Assembly (NCBI RefSeq): GCF_040938485.1
Contig: NW_027270917.1
Location: 1,364,001 to 1,428,000 of the forward strand
From: Diadema antillarum
Taxonomy: Eukaryota
Reading direction: 5' to 3'
Length of the DNA stretch: 64,000 nucleotides
Positions 47,818-60,927 of this stretch are shown piece by piece; within the stretch, counting starts at the first letter, position 1, and each line of letters begins with the position of its first letter. The translations under genes were made by a program, and so were the position numbers. The notes under the pieces were generated by a model. That model worked only from the letters and a program-made list of their open reading frames with translations, did no database searches and was not told the origin of the DNA.

Positions 47818-48730
47818 AAAAAGAAAGGTAATCCAACTTTGGAGAGCTACTATTTCATAATTTTCAGCAATGGAGAGTGCAATGTTGGTTGTGAGGAAAG
47901 GGAAACTCTTCCTCTTTCCATTGAAACCTAATTATGTGGACAAATGTCATGCATGACTGAGCACATGAACTTTAATGACAGCAATGACAAATTGAACTTT
48001 TTCAGAGTTTGAGTGTTATCGTGAAGGAATGATGAATGTCTCACTGAATGGATGAGATCTGTCAGTGAAAGTCGTCAGATTAACAGGTAAGCCTGCACAT
48101 CAGCAGGTTTGTGTTTTTAGGGTTTCTTCTAACCTTTATGGTCCATAACCTTCAACATGGCCACACTGTCGATAACTTTGGTCACTACCACAAAGGCTAA
48201 CCCATTATCCATTTCTCTCTTCATATTCAAAACATGATTTGTCGCTGCGAGCTATGTGTTGAATATACAGGGGTATATAACGAAACCATTCAAACCATTA
48301 TTTCTCTTGTATACAGAGAAAAATGGACTGTGTGGGTTGGCCTCTGTGGGAGCGACCAAGTAGTTGTTGGAGAAGTGGCCATATTAAAGGTTATGGATCA
48401 TAAAATGTCAGATGAAATCTGAAACACAAACCCTAAACACAAACCTGCAGTCATGCAAGCTGGCCTATTTATTTGGCCACTTTCACTGACAGATCCCATC
48501 CCTTCAGTGAGACATTCATTGTTCCTCTATGTGACACTCCAAATTAAAAAAAAAAGTGCAATTTGTCATTGTCTTTAAAGTTCATGTGCTCAGTCATGCA
48601 TGACATTTTTCAACATAATTAGGTTTCAATGGAAAGAGGAAGAGTTCTTTCCTCAAAACTAACATTGTGCTCTCCATAGCTGACAATTATGAAATACTAG
48701 CTCCCTCCAAAGTCAGATTACGTTCTTCCT
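47818..48730. mobile_element. ~0.9-kb element with ~310-bp imperfect TIRs
   Basis: Left ctcttcctctttccattgaaacctaattatg..tgtcatgcatgactgagcacatgaacttta..gaatgtctcactgaa..atctgtcagtgaaagt is inverted at 48480-48700. Confidence 0.75.
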
Positions 48731-48860
48731 CTTTTTTTTTTTCATATGCACTGTATATACATATCTTGTTTACATAATATGATATATATTTTATGTGTAA
48801 TTATATATCTATACATAAAGAAGCGTGAGGTGTTTCATCAGTTTTTTAAAGATATACACT

Positions 48861-48862
<2 letters not shown>

Positions 48863-48909
<47 letters not shown>

Positions 48910-48910
48910 A
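48863..48910. repeat. (TA)n/(GATATA)n microsatellite
   Basis: Direct reading of the sequence. Confidence 0.9.
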
Positions 48911-49599
48911 TTTATGTGTTTTTGTATACATTGTGTCTGTCAAAGTATTCACACGCACATGCACACTTAACAAGAGGCATATCACAAAGATTTTTTTTGA
49001 CAGAGATTGTATCAACAAGAAGTTTATTTCATACTTTTGAGAAAAAAGACACACATTGTAAAAATGTTAAACAAGTGAATGCCATAGTTACAAAACATCT
49101 ATAGGTATTACCCTGAATTCCATAATGTTACATAATACATTGCCACAAGATGTAATGATTACAAGACTATGATTGATTAAGGTGTATGGAATCGCAGTAA
49201 AAAAAAATACCTGGAAAAAAAACAAGAACAAAAATTAACACACCTGGTACATGGCTGATATCAGCGTACAGTATATGAAATAGACTTTCATAGTAAGGTA
49301 TTGCAAGTACAATAAGGGTAACTAATTTGTGTAAGTAATTTAAGATCTGAATCCCCCATCTCAACCAAAACTATACCATCCCTTTAATCTTATTACTTCA
49401 GGCAACGATTCTCATAGTTTAGACAAGTTTGAAAGGTATTTTAAAATATTATCCACTGTAGTAAATTAAATGAAATCAATGTAGCACTTGAAGTTGAGGA
49501 ATTTTACCTGGCAAAAAAAATAATTATGAAATATATGATGTTTCAAAAACATAAGTGAAAAGACGGTCGTCTGAGAAACGGATGCTGTCCGGTTGATAT

Positions 49600-52500
49600 T
49601 TAGCAAGTCTTCTCCTCTTGACAAATGACCAAAAATAGCTTCTGCAGAAATATGGTCACGCTTTCTGAAACGGAAAAAAGAAGACAACGCATACACAAAA
49701 CATGGAAATGTAATATATTTTAAAAGCACTGATGCGTACTTACGGCAACATGGTGCTCTTCTGTGCTATATTGTGTAGCTGAAATATCAATAGATATTTA
49801 ACCAATTCATAGACAACATTGGGATACGATTATACATTTATATATAAATACAGCTAGCCATTCATCGGGATGTAGAATAGAAAACAGTTCATGAACTATT
49901 AAAACCTTATCCCTTGAGGAATGACTTCGGAAATTTCTAAAAATCTTCTGTTGCATTCATGGAACCCGCTTTAGCGTTGCAGTGATGAACAAAGCGTTGG
50001 GAAGGTAAGTCAAACAAAGGGTCAACTTGCACCAAATGAATGGGGGAAAAAATCCTTTCTCTTTCCAGCAGGGTTGTCATATTTCCTCGATTACATGGAC
50101 GTGGAAACGGTCTTGATGACTCTGCAAAAATAACGCTGTACTTTTGAATGGTTTCGTTATATATTTGAATAAGACAAAAAGATGTTTAAGAAGATTTTAT
50201 TTTTACCTGACATTCCGACAAGCCAAACTGGCTTGGTTTGCCACTTCACGCCTACCAGGTAGACGGGGATACCAGCGGCTGTTATAGCCAGACCTATCCC
50301 ACACTCCACGGGTGCCGAGTACAGCGACATGATCACAACGAACAAGGCGAAGCACGAAAATACGATTGGGATAACTACGGGAATCTGTAGTATAAAATAG
50401 ACCGAAATATTTGGCAAATTAATAAAGAATACAAAGGAAAGCAGAACAGAAACATCACTTAAAACATTAATAAAAGGCGGTAGCAGGTTTGAAAGGTGGC
50501 AAAATGCACGTGACTCGAGGTATGTCTGTCCTTAGACCAAATCTTCTGACGATAGATAATCAGCATCTTGGACACACCGATGGGTGTTATCTAATCAAGG
50601 ACTGAAAAGAAGGGTAACATCTTAATTACCATCTGCTCTCAAGTGGAAAAAAAACAAACAAACAACTATTATGGAGAATTTCCCTTCCAGAGTTTTGTGC
50701 AATCAAGTTTTGAGACTTGCTGGAGGTTTACCTACCATAATCAAGATTGAGTGATATTCGTTATTCCGAACATTTTGTGGCGTTAATATGCCAAGGTTCG
50801 TTATACCAAAGACGAAATAAGGTTCGTTATTCCGAAGGTTCGTTAATCCGAAAATGAAATAAGGGTTGTTATTCCGAAGGTTTGTTATTCCGAAGGTTCC
50901 TAAATCCGAAAATGAAATCAGGTTCGTTATTCCGAACAGTTGTGGCGTTATTCAGTGCTTCGTTATTCCGAAGGTTTGTAATTCTGAAGTTGAAATACAG
51001 TACGTCATTCCGAAGTTTCGTTAATCCGAAATGATATAACGTTCGTTAATTTGAAAATAAAGAAGAAAAAAAAAGTTCGTCATTCCGAAGGTGCATTAAT
51101 AATCCGAAAATGAAATAAGGTTCGTCAATCCGAAAATGCAAAGAAAGTGCGTACTAACAAACCTGAATTACGAACCTTATTTCGTTTTCGGAATTACCAA
51201 CCTTCAGAATTACAAACCTCAATATTTCATGGTCGGATTAATGAATATTTGGAATAACGAACCTTATTTCATTTTCGGAAGTACGAACATTCGGGATAAC
51301 GAATCTTCGGAATAACGAACTGTAACGATCAGATTACTTGCTGCAATTTAAGTTATATTGTATTCCTTCCCTCGACACGTTAACCAACTGCTTGGTGGAC
51401 TTCGATGTGTCACGGACATAATAAGTAGCATATGTCACACATGAAAGGCGGCAGATCCCGACGAGATTCTGAAATTCCCCAATACGTAACTTTCGATCAT
51501 GAGATCCTCGAGTTACATTATACAGGCGTGTGTACCTTAAACGGGCGTGGTGCGTCCGGGTGCTTCCAACGATGATAGGGAATAGTCGCTACGGCCAGAG
51601 CGATGAAGGCCCACCGAGAAAAGCTGACGAAGTTTAGGAGCTTGTACACATTGTCACTCGTCAGCATCAACAAGCAAATTGGCAACTACGTACAAATTAG
51701 AAGGAAATTAAATGTATATAATTATGCAATATGGTGAGGGGTGCATGTGTAGCGGCATTATCACAAACCTTGATTCTAAAACACATTGATCCTAGTACAT
51801 TCAGATCACTTTCTATAAGGACTGCGGCACAATCGCCAGTTTTTGATTGATTGATTAATTGATTGATTGATCGATTGATTGATCTGAATTTATTTCCACT
51901 TTGTGTTCACAAAAACAAAAATAATTCAAATCCGTATACCTTTGCACGTATATATACATTATACAGAGTATGTATACCAAAATGACATTAAAAAAAACCG
52001 AACTAAGACTGAAGCTCAAGACGCATTATGAGAAAGGGATGGGAAGAGAGGATAAGAAATAGAGGGAACAGACGAGACAAGTTGAGATAAGAGCGGATAA
52101 GAGGGGTCCATAGCACATGCAAAGCAATTGCCGAACACTATGTAATACGCTGTCACGGGCACACCAATTATTTGAAGTTGTGCATATATTTAGGTAGAAA
52201 CATTATAACCACAGCATATAACCATAGCATAATAACCATAGCTGGATGTAGAAACACAATCATGACGGCATGGTTTCTTTCCATAAAAACATTTAATCCC
52301 AAAGAGCTGCTTATGATTGGTAGAAACAGTTTGTTTTGTTTGTCTTGTCGGTTTTTTGTTACAGTAGACTTGAGCATCTTACAATACCATACAATGCAAT
52401 AACTGCATTTCAATAGCGCTCTTATTCCTAGTGGTCATTTGAAAATGTTTCTGTTACCATGGCAGCGGCGGCAGGCAGGGGGGAGTAACGTCGGATGTGG

Positions 52501-52670
52501 ATCATGGAGGCAATCTTAGGCAGGTGTCCTTCGCGGGATGCCACAAACAGCATCCTTCGCCAACAAGAGGGGGCGGGATAGGTGTTTGAACGGACACAAC
52601 GAGAAAACACGAAAATCGACGGTATACGCCTATGGCATTGTTACAGTATTATTGAACACAGTATATTTGG

Positions 52671-52718
<48 letters not shown>

Positions 52719-55700
52719 CCTATTTATATTTGTATTTATTAATCCCTTTTACTGACGTTTTCAACCGTACTATTTCGTCCTTTATTACTAGCAATCTTTT
52801 TCGTATCACAAAAGTAATGACATAAAACGACTTTGATTAAAAAAACAGTGAAAGTGATGGTGGTAATGATAATTTATGGTGATAATGAGAATTGATAATG
52901 TTGTTGATGATATTTGATGTAGTAGAAAGTTATTATTTCGATAACAATAATAAAAGTTATTATTTTGATAACAACAATAATTGTTATTTTATCATTGTCA
53001 TTGTAATGAAGATTATAAAAACAACAAAATAATTATGACAACTATGAAAATATTATGCCCTATATAAAGTCGGGCGTTGGCCCTATACACAATTAATTCT
53101 GTATTTTCAGCTATTCTGTTCCGTATCAATGCCCTTGGAAACGCAATACGGATGCTATTCATAATCATCAATATTATCAACATCTATTTTTATAACTATT
53201 GTTCTGATAATGATAATAATAATGGCATTAATAATAATAATAATAACGACGATGATGATGATTATTATCATTATAGTAAAGAGCGCTTGTCATTATCTGA
53301 CGATTATCTCAGCATTGAGTCACGTCCTCTCTTTCAACCCAGAGTCTACGACTCTAGCGGACAGTGGTGAGTAAAACATCTTGTCCATATAGACGAATGC
53401 GACTTTAAAACTTCACCACAATATGGGACTACGACTTTAGTGAAAGTCAGGAATAAAAGGACGATAACCAGCAAAAAACAAACAAACAAACTCTTACCGA
53501 GATGTTGAAAAAAGGCCGCCATTTAGGGATCCAATGCAAGATATCGAGACGCCAATGGGCAGGATCCACCAGAATGACCCCAGAACTCGTCGCCCGTAGT
53601 CCTGCAATACAACGTACATCCCAAATGTCAAATCGGGTTAATATAAATGCGATATATCGCCACATCAGGCTAATGTATGCGATACATCGCGATCAGAATC
53701 CAATGCGATTCATATCATTTCCAGACAAGTTGTACATTCTTCCGCTTGTCGTTCCAGCATCTAGCCTCTTCGGTAGGAATAGAAATTACTTTGACTTTGA
53801 TCTTTGAACTTTGACACGCAGAGCGTTCGCCTTCTCTTTCCTTCTGTGTCGATTTCTTTCTTTTCTCGATGATTGCACGCCGTCAGCGTCTGCTTGAACG
53901 TCGACTAACTTACTTTACTAGCTGGAGGAACCAATTCTAACTGCTGAATCAGTATTAATGTAGGAGCTATTAGATGTTATCATTGCAATGTAAACAAAAA
54001 TACCTTTATCCATTTATTTTAATAATTCACACCAAAAAAAAATCCAAAAAACTATCAAATTTGATGTGATTTCATATGTCAGTTTCCTTCTTGAGTTCAC
54101 GCACAAAACGAAACACTAAGATGCATCAATGAGAACGATATTATCCCATCACTGAAAATATTGTGAGGGTGACAATAACGCAGCAAGATCTACAACTTGA
54201 CGCATAATCATGTTTTGATAGAGGGAAGACGGGACCAAAAAGTTAACCTAATAAGAAAGATCAAAGTTTTATAGGCACAACAGTGAATATTTCTTTTTAA
54301 TCAAAATTTGATAAAGATTAAGGAAGGTATGAAATTGTGAATTTCCCTTGATTTTGCATAACACTTCTATAGTATGAACATGAAAATGAGTGATTCAATG
54401 ACGCCATAGCCTACAACTTGCCATATCATTTGGCCACATGAAATCTTAATTTTCCCGGTCTTTATTCAAACAAAATCATGTTCTAATCTCAGATTCCTAA
54501 ATATTTGACTGACAATTATTTTGGAGATACTCAGCCTGGGATATTGCATCATGTTTTACACTTTCATAGCAGAAAATGGAATTTTCGTCACTTCATTGAC
54601 CCCTTGTTGCTCAATGGACAATAATTATTGTGAGGTGATGACATCATTAGCTCGGTTATTTACAAGTTCAAATAAATTGTTCGAGAACAATTTTCGTTTT
54701 ACAAAGATTAGCAAAACTTTTGTAATTTCATAACCTATAGGTAATCTTTGTCCGATTTTGTTAAGATTACTTCACTGTTGTGCTTATACGACTGTGTTTT
54801 TTCTTAGATCAGACTGACTTTTAACTGGTAAGGGTGGCAATAATGGAGCAAAATGCAATTAAAGCTCATGTTTTATTATCGAGTATCAGTTTAATTATTA
54901 TTTCAATTGAATTAAATTCAAAGTACAAAGCATAAATTACACAAATCATGTTGTTTTATCAATATGTAAAAAAAAGATACCTAATGTAGTGGGGATCATA
55001 TTTTATAATAGCATAATATGTGCTATCTACACTCTGTGCAAATATATACGTGCAATACATGAGCAATATTGGATGTGCAATAATTATTATAATGTGCAAA
55101 ATAATGACAGCGGGGCATTGGTCCATTCTTACGACTGCAACGGCGTTGGACGAGAGGATCTCAATCGGAGAGAGAACAGCAAAGTAAGCCACGTTGGTCA
55201 GCGTGAAGAGACAAGACACAAGGAGGATTGATATGATCAGACCGTATGGAAGGGTCCTGTAGAGATGCAATCACTTACATCAGTGATGTAAATATGATTC
55301 ATTATTATACAGACATAGGGAACTCGAACATACACATGAGGACACACGTAAAAGAAGCAAACGTGTAAAACTTATATGTGCGAATTTTCTACAACCCATG
55401 CAGGGACGTCCACTATAAGATAAGTCGATTACACTAATGATGATGATGACGATGATGATGACAATGATACTAATGATGACGATGGTAATGATATTGATAA
55501 TTATAATAACAGTAATAAACATAACAATAATAAGTAATTCATAATGTGGTATTACTGATGACAATAATGATCATAATCATTATAATCATAATTAGTATAG
55601 TAGTATATCAGTGGTAATTACTGCAATAAAGATATTGCACACACACACACACACACACACACACAATAATTTGCAAAGACATGAGCACTCCTCACATTTA

Positions 55701-57945
55701 TCAATGCTATATAGTGTTCTCCTTCTACTTTAAGTTTTCGGGGCGTCGCACGTGCTGCCATTGTTTTTCTTTCTTCTTTTCGCCTCACTGCAAATGGCTG
55801 GTTAATCACTTCTGAATTGTTGGTACATTTTGGTCATTTTCCATGGCCTCCCCTTACATTTTCGAAGGGGCCGTATAATGTCGCAATCTATGTCAGTATA
55901 CCGCCATCACAGCAACCGCAATTTATGTGTGCAGCATGTGGTCTCTCTGTTCTTCTTTGAATGTACACAGTACATGTATTTGGGAAGAATCTTCTATACC
56001 CCCACGTATTCATTTCCTTTTTTTTCCCCCTGAGTTTGGTGCTAAGTTGTACCCATGCTCTCTTGTTCTTAACACTACATTTCTGTTGAGAGCTACGATA
56101 ATATGGTATTTCTCTATATACCATGGCATTTTGCATAGCTCAAAACTTTGATACATCGACCGCCATATTATTTTCCTAGTATTTTCTTGTATATCCAATC
56201 TGGATGTTATATGTCATCATGTTTTGTTATATTTCATGCTCTTTTTCATTGAGAAATACGAAATAAATTGAAATTGGTATTAAAATTGAAACAAAATTGA
56301 AATTCTCAACCATGAGAACAGAGAGTCACTTACCTGTTGATATTCACGATTTCCTCCGTGATCTGGGGTAAATATTGCCTGAATGGTGAGATGAAAATGA
56401 ACAATGATTACTACCCGTATATATATTATGTCCAATGATAATAATCAGGCAACTTACACAGTTTCCATTGGGTACCCAAGATTAAAAAATAGTAATAATA
56501 CAGTGACTTTGAACAGAATACAACAATATATCAAATTCATAGGTTGTTATAACACAATAGCAACATAAATCAGTGAATATTTACATACAGACATGGGAGT
56601 ACTAAGAAGACGATGATTAAATTATTTGAAATACGACTGTACATAGTGAACTTATTTTAAGGATATTAAAACCCAAAGAGCAGTGTGGGTTGAGTGAAAG
56701 CAGTAACGTTATAATAGTATAACACAGCAGTGAAAGTTTGAAGAAAATCGGACAATCTATGCAAAAATTATGAAATTTTGACATTTGATTGTTGTAATGA
56801 GTGGATAAGGAGACTACTAGAGTTGATGATGTCATGTGTGGACAACTTATATTAAATAAAAGAATAATTCCATAAAAATTGATTATTAATGAAAATTATA
56901 CATTCCATCAACTTGTTACTGACATAATATGTTATTAGGGGAATATTATTCCCCTGCTTCCTAAAAGAGATTAGTCAAGTGCTCTTTCATTGAGCTAGAA
57001 AAGTGAAGGTATGATGACTTTTCTTTACGTTGTCCACACATGATGTCATAAACCGAAATAGTCTCCTTATCCAGTCATTACGACACCAAAACTTTAAAAA
57101 TTCTTAACTTTTGATCCGATTGTCCAATTTTCCTCAAAATTTCACTGATGTGTTCTAATAATGTTTTTGCTTTCACTCAATCGACACTGCTCTTTGGGTT
57201 TTGGTTTCCTTTAAACTAAACTGCAAATTAGCATTTCGGGGTCTACGACAAGTGGGATGACTTATCAATCATAATACATAATGTATACCTTGGAAAAGAC
57301 GAGATAACCATGACCGACTATCCACCCCCAATATATTCACAAAATTAACTTGCACAAAATTTAAGCCAACAAAATGATGTCCCTTAATCTGGTCACACAA
57401 GAAGCGCAAGTCTTATCTCATGGTCTAAATTTGATGACACTAGGGCAATGGCGTAAAAAAAGCGATTGACTTACACAAAATGCGCAGTGTACTAGTATAT
57501 GAATTGATATAACTATAAGTCGCAGCCTGGTCAAAATATGAAGAAGTCAAGAAGAATATTTTTTCTTGACCTCTCCATACTTTGACTAGTTATTAGTCGA
57601 GAAGTCAAGAAGACAAGATCTCACAACTCGCCTTCTCCCTTTCTCGAACCCGAAAGGTCGAGGGTGGTCTGGTCTTTCTGGCCTTCTACAAAGGGCTATT
57701 GACAAGATTGAGAGAAAATGATCAAGAAGCTCGAAGTTTTCTCCTTCTTTGTGCTGCTAATATAGTATGTTGTTTATCTTCACTTTTCGTAAGGTGTTTT
57801 ACAAGTTCTCCATTTGTGACACCTGTCCGTTAAATCACTTACCATCCGGAATAAGCGAAGAGTGCATAGTAGACAGCGAGGGGAAGCTGAGAATATTCGA
57901 AGTTTGGCGAAGAGTCGAAGCTGTGCTCGAAGTTGGTCGTGCCAG
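49600..57945 (-). CDS. SLC7A11: SLC7 heteromeric amino-acid transporter light chain, xCT/SLC7A11-like; 3' part only. Exons (minus): 57945-57843, 56378-56334, 55256-55133, 53601-53498, 52554-52458, 51685-51536, 50384-50207, 49664-49600
   Basis: The spliced translation is AGTTNFEHSF..LAVYYALFAYSGWQYLPQITEEIVNINRTLPYGLIIS..TNVAYFAVLSPIEILSSNAVAVDYGRRVLGSFWWILPIGVSISCIGSLNGGLFSTSRMLFVASREGHLPKIASMIH..LLNFVSFSRWAFIALAVA..RPFKIP..MSLYSAP..GIGLAITAAGIPVY..FLQKLFLVICQEEKTC*. All junctions are GT-AG and in phase. LLNFxSFxRWxFIxLAVA and SLYSxP are closest to xCT from memory; the paralog name is tentative. Upstream exons were not found before position 64000. Confidence 0.88.
50757..51320. mobile_element. 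Modular foldback/MITE made of ~14-35-bp TTCGTTATTCCGAA subrepeats, in an SLC7 intron
   Basis: More than 10 copies of ttcgt(t/c)a(t/a)tccgaa on the left, with inverted ttcggaataacgaa copies on the right. Confidence 0.75.
52675..52714. repeat. (TA)n microsatellite; (ATN)n low-complexity tracts nearby at about 52850-53280 and 55430-55600
   Basis: Direct reading of the sequence. Confidence 0.9.
56657..57214. mobile_element. TTAA-flanked MITE with long imperfect TIRs (Kolobok-like)
   Basis: ttaagga..aaaacccaaagagcagtgt.. and ..acactgctctttgggttttggtttcctttaa. Inverted aaaatcggacaatc / attgtccaattttc modules. Confidence 0.65.
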
Positions 57946-58135
57946 CTGCAGTTTGTAGAATGTTCAATCAATGATTTGCATACTCATACACGCTATCATA
58001 GCCAATCAGGAGCACTGGAATGAGTCACGTGTGTGCTATTTTCTTAATCACATGCACCGATGTGCAAAAATGTGCACGCAGTGAAAAAGTATGATAGCAT
58101 AACACAATGGTGTGTTATATCCTATAGAACAGCAG

Positions 58136-58274
58136 GTGGGTGTTTCATCAACGTTTGTCAGCGCTGACAATTTCAGCAAAATCCTTGGTTTTGATTGGCT
58201 GATATGCTCTGGTCACTAACTGTTACTATGGTGATTCAAGTTGTCAGCGCTGACAACCGTTGATGAAACACCCC
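58136..58274. mobile_element. PIF/Harbinger-like MITE with CAG TSD
   Basis: cag|g(t)gggtgtttcatcaacgtttgtcagcgctgacaa ... ttgtcagcgctgacaaccgttgatgaaacacccc|cag. Confidence 0.75.
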
Positions 58275-59417
58275 CAGATTACCGATTGCTAGCGGTGTGC
58301 CATATCTGTGTAGTGTATTACGACAATGCTGTGTATAGAGAGCTACACGTTATGTGCGCGCAGCACACACGGCCGTACTCTAGATACTCAGTAGTTCATA
58401 GCCACCAATTAATGCGGCGTTCCCACGATTGGCTCCACAATTCAATTCGAGGTCTTAATCGTGAAGCAATTGTGATAATCTTAATCAGATCGTATCAACT
58501 GCGCATGTTGCACAAGATTGTAAATACCCTCGAGTGCTCTGAAATACTAGTATACAAATGATGCACAGGATAGAGTGCGTTAGTGTATTCGCCTCGTGCA
58601 TGTTTCACAATTGTAAATACCCTCGAGTGCACTGTACGCCTCTACTAACGCCACGAAATAATCCTGTGCATCATTTGTTTTATAAAATGGGTCGAAAATT
58701 CGAAAACTATCAGCATTTTTCAGCGTTTTTCACGTACCTTTGTGGGTCAAGACGTCCGAAGATGTTCGTCCCAAACATTTACGCACGTCGCACTCGGAAA
58801 TCCCGCACATTATGATGGGGGGTTGGGTTTCCGGACACTTAAGTTCCCGCATGAAAACTTACTTATTTTACATAGAATATGCACCCTTTACCTTAAAGAC
58901 TTGATATAGACTCCTAGGCCTACGAGACAACATACTCTGAAACGGCGTGAGAATTAACCTGCTAAATCGTTGGATTTGCCCTTCAAAGTGACTCCATGTA
59001 CGCGTCCGGTCCCACAACGCTTGGTCTACTGTACTGTACAAAGTGTACGTAAGTAGAGCTGTGATACGTACGCCACACATGTTATGCACAAGAAGGGAAG
59101 AAAGGCCGGCCAACCGGCCGGCAGCCCGAACTAGAAGTTGTTTACAGGATTGACAGCGCGTATGCATGCAATTCAAAGGAGCCGCCGCGCGCACAGACGA
59201 TCGGCAATAGGATTTAACACGCAGTGCAATGGGACTAGAATAAAGGAAGCACACGTGATTCATTTCAGCGCTTCCTATTGGCTACATTCTTGAACCCATT
59301 TTATAATCTCCACTAACGCACTCTCACCTGTTCTTTTGCATAGCAATGCATTGTCAACATTTTGTGATTATTATTCTGTAATTTTACAACTCCAGCATTC
59401 CCCTTCCTAGCTGCAAT

Positions 59418-59866
59418 CAGGGCCGTAACTATAAGCAAGGGCGGATCCAGGGGCCTGTCTTATAAAGACTTGCGATAGAAATCAATCACAAGTTTTGTGT
59501 GTGCTGCAATGCAAGTTGCGATTGATTTGGGGACTTGTGATTGATTTGAAGGCTTTATAAGACGGGGCCCAGGAATTCTGTAAAGGGGGGGGGGGGCCTG
59601 ACTAATATTTCTGATGCCACTTCCGGGTTTTATTTCATTGTTTATCTTTTTATTTCTTTTGTTTTTTACGAAAAATAAAGGGGGGCGTGCGTCGGTTGCG
59701 GCCCCCCCCCCCCCTCTGGATCCACCACTGTATAAGGGTTCGGGTTATTGCTCGGTATGTGTAAAATAACGGAACTGGACATAACGGAACATAAACTTGA
59801 ACTAAAAAGGTCAACTTTTTCTTATTCTGAACCCATCCTCTCATAAAAATCCTAGTTACGGGCCTG
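59418..59866. mobile_element. Three nested MITEs: outer CAGGGCCGTAACTA/TAGTTACGGGCCTG, middle GGCGGATCCAG/CTGGATCCACCACTG (59436-59730), inner Harbinger-like (59451-59569, CAG TSD)
   Basis: Three concentric TIR pairs are visible. The inner element splits the GGATCCAG-GAATT junction of the middle one. Confidence 0.65.
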
Positions 59867-60927
59867 GAAATTCACCCTTTTGTTTTCCTATTTCCACTTC
59901 GACTTTATTTTTGCGTCTTTGAATATGTCTTGCCTCCATAATTCTACTAGGGTAAAGTGGGGCAGTGGAACACTTAAGCCTTTATTATTTCGTAAATCAC
60001 ACACACAAAAAATAAAAATAAAACGCGCCAAGAAATATTCAAGCATCACAGTTTGACCATTAACACAATACAAATATGTGATATTGTCTTAGGTAAATAT
60101 TATTCATAATTAAGTTCAAGATTACACTTTAGTCATAACTACTCCATTGTCCCACTTGCCCCGACGTTATGGAGTAAGCGGAGCAGCATTGTACGCATAG
60201 GATTGTCTACACAAAATGAGAAAGGTGAAAGTACGCAGAACTGACAAAGTCACCAAGCCGTCCATTCATTAATACATGGGTTCCACTTACCCCAACCCCA
60301 TGGGGTTAGTGGAACAGGAAATGCTTTAATGCTGCAATTGATGGAATGTAACAGTTTTCTCCCCTAATTTTGACAGGTAATTGAATAGATAGCTCCCTGC
60401 AAGAAGTCTTGGTGAAAAAAGTAGCACCATAAACACGATAAATAATTTTTAAAACCAATTTTCAGTAGCGTGTGCATCTTTTCGATTTTCAAATTTACCG
60501 AACTGACGTCATGGTGTTATAGGGCACAAGATGCAATTTCTATGAGTAATTTAGTCAACAAAATTATCATTTTTTACTTAAGAAATAATCTTCTAAAGAC
60601 TAAAACGATTCTTTTCAGGAGTTGTCGGACTTGAAAACTTGTCACTGAAATATTTTGAAGAAAAATAACTACTAAAATGAGTCTGAATAAAACAAAGCAC
60701 TGACAGGAAGCTCTATATCATCTCGATGATGACGTTGCTCTCAACACGCCGTCGATCAATATTTCATCTCAGGAGAAAATGCCCGACATTTAACTAAAAG
60801 ATAAAGAAAGAAAAAAATCTACTTACGTTTTGTTGAATGTCTAGTTACCTGTTGTACAATCTTTCAATTACGACACAAAAATACGCTTTTTTAATCAAAA
60901 TAGGACACCAAACACTACCACGTCTTG

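Noticed and set aside
50757-51320. Regularly spaced short repeats that could suggest a CRISPR array
   Set aside because: The context is a eukaryotic intron, the spacers are not unique, the repeats invert in the right half and there are no cas genes. This is a modular foldback transposon. The same applies to 14193-14667 and 60928-62549.
53278-53366. Plus-strand exon-like block with a gtgagt donor inside an SLC7 intron
   Set aside because: It is isolated, its acceptor lies in a low-complexity tract and there is no recognisable homology or partner exon.
58868-59263. 131-aa minus-strand ORF as a candidate upstream SLC7 exon
   Set aside because: It has no SLC7 transmembrane pattern and the donor phase does not match the phase-1 acceptor at 57945.
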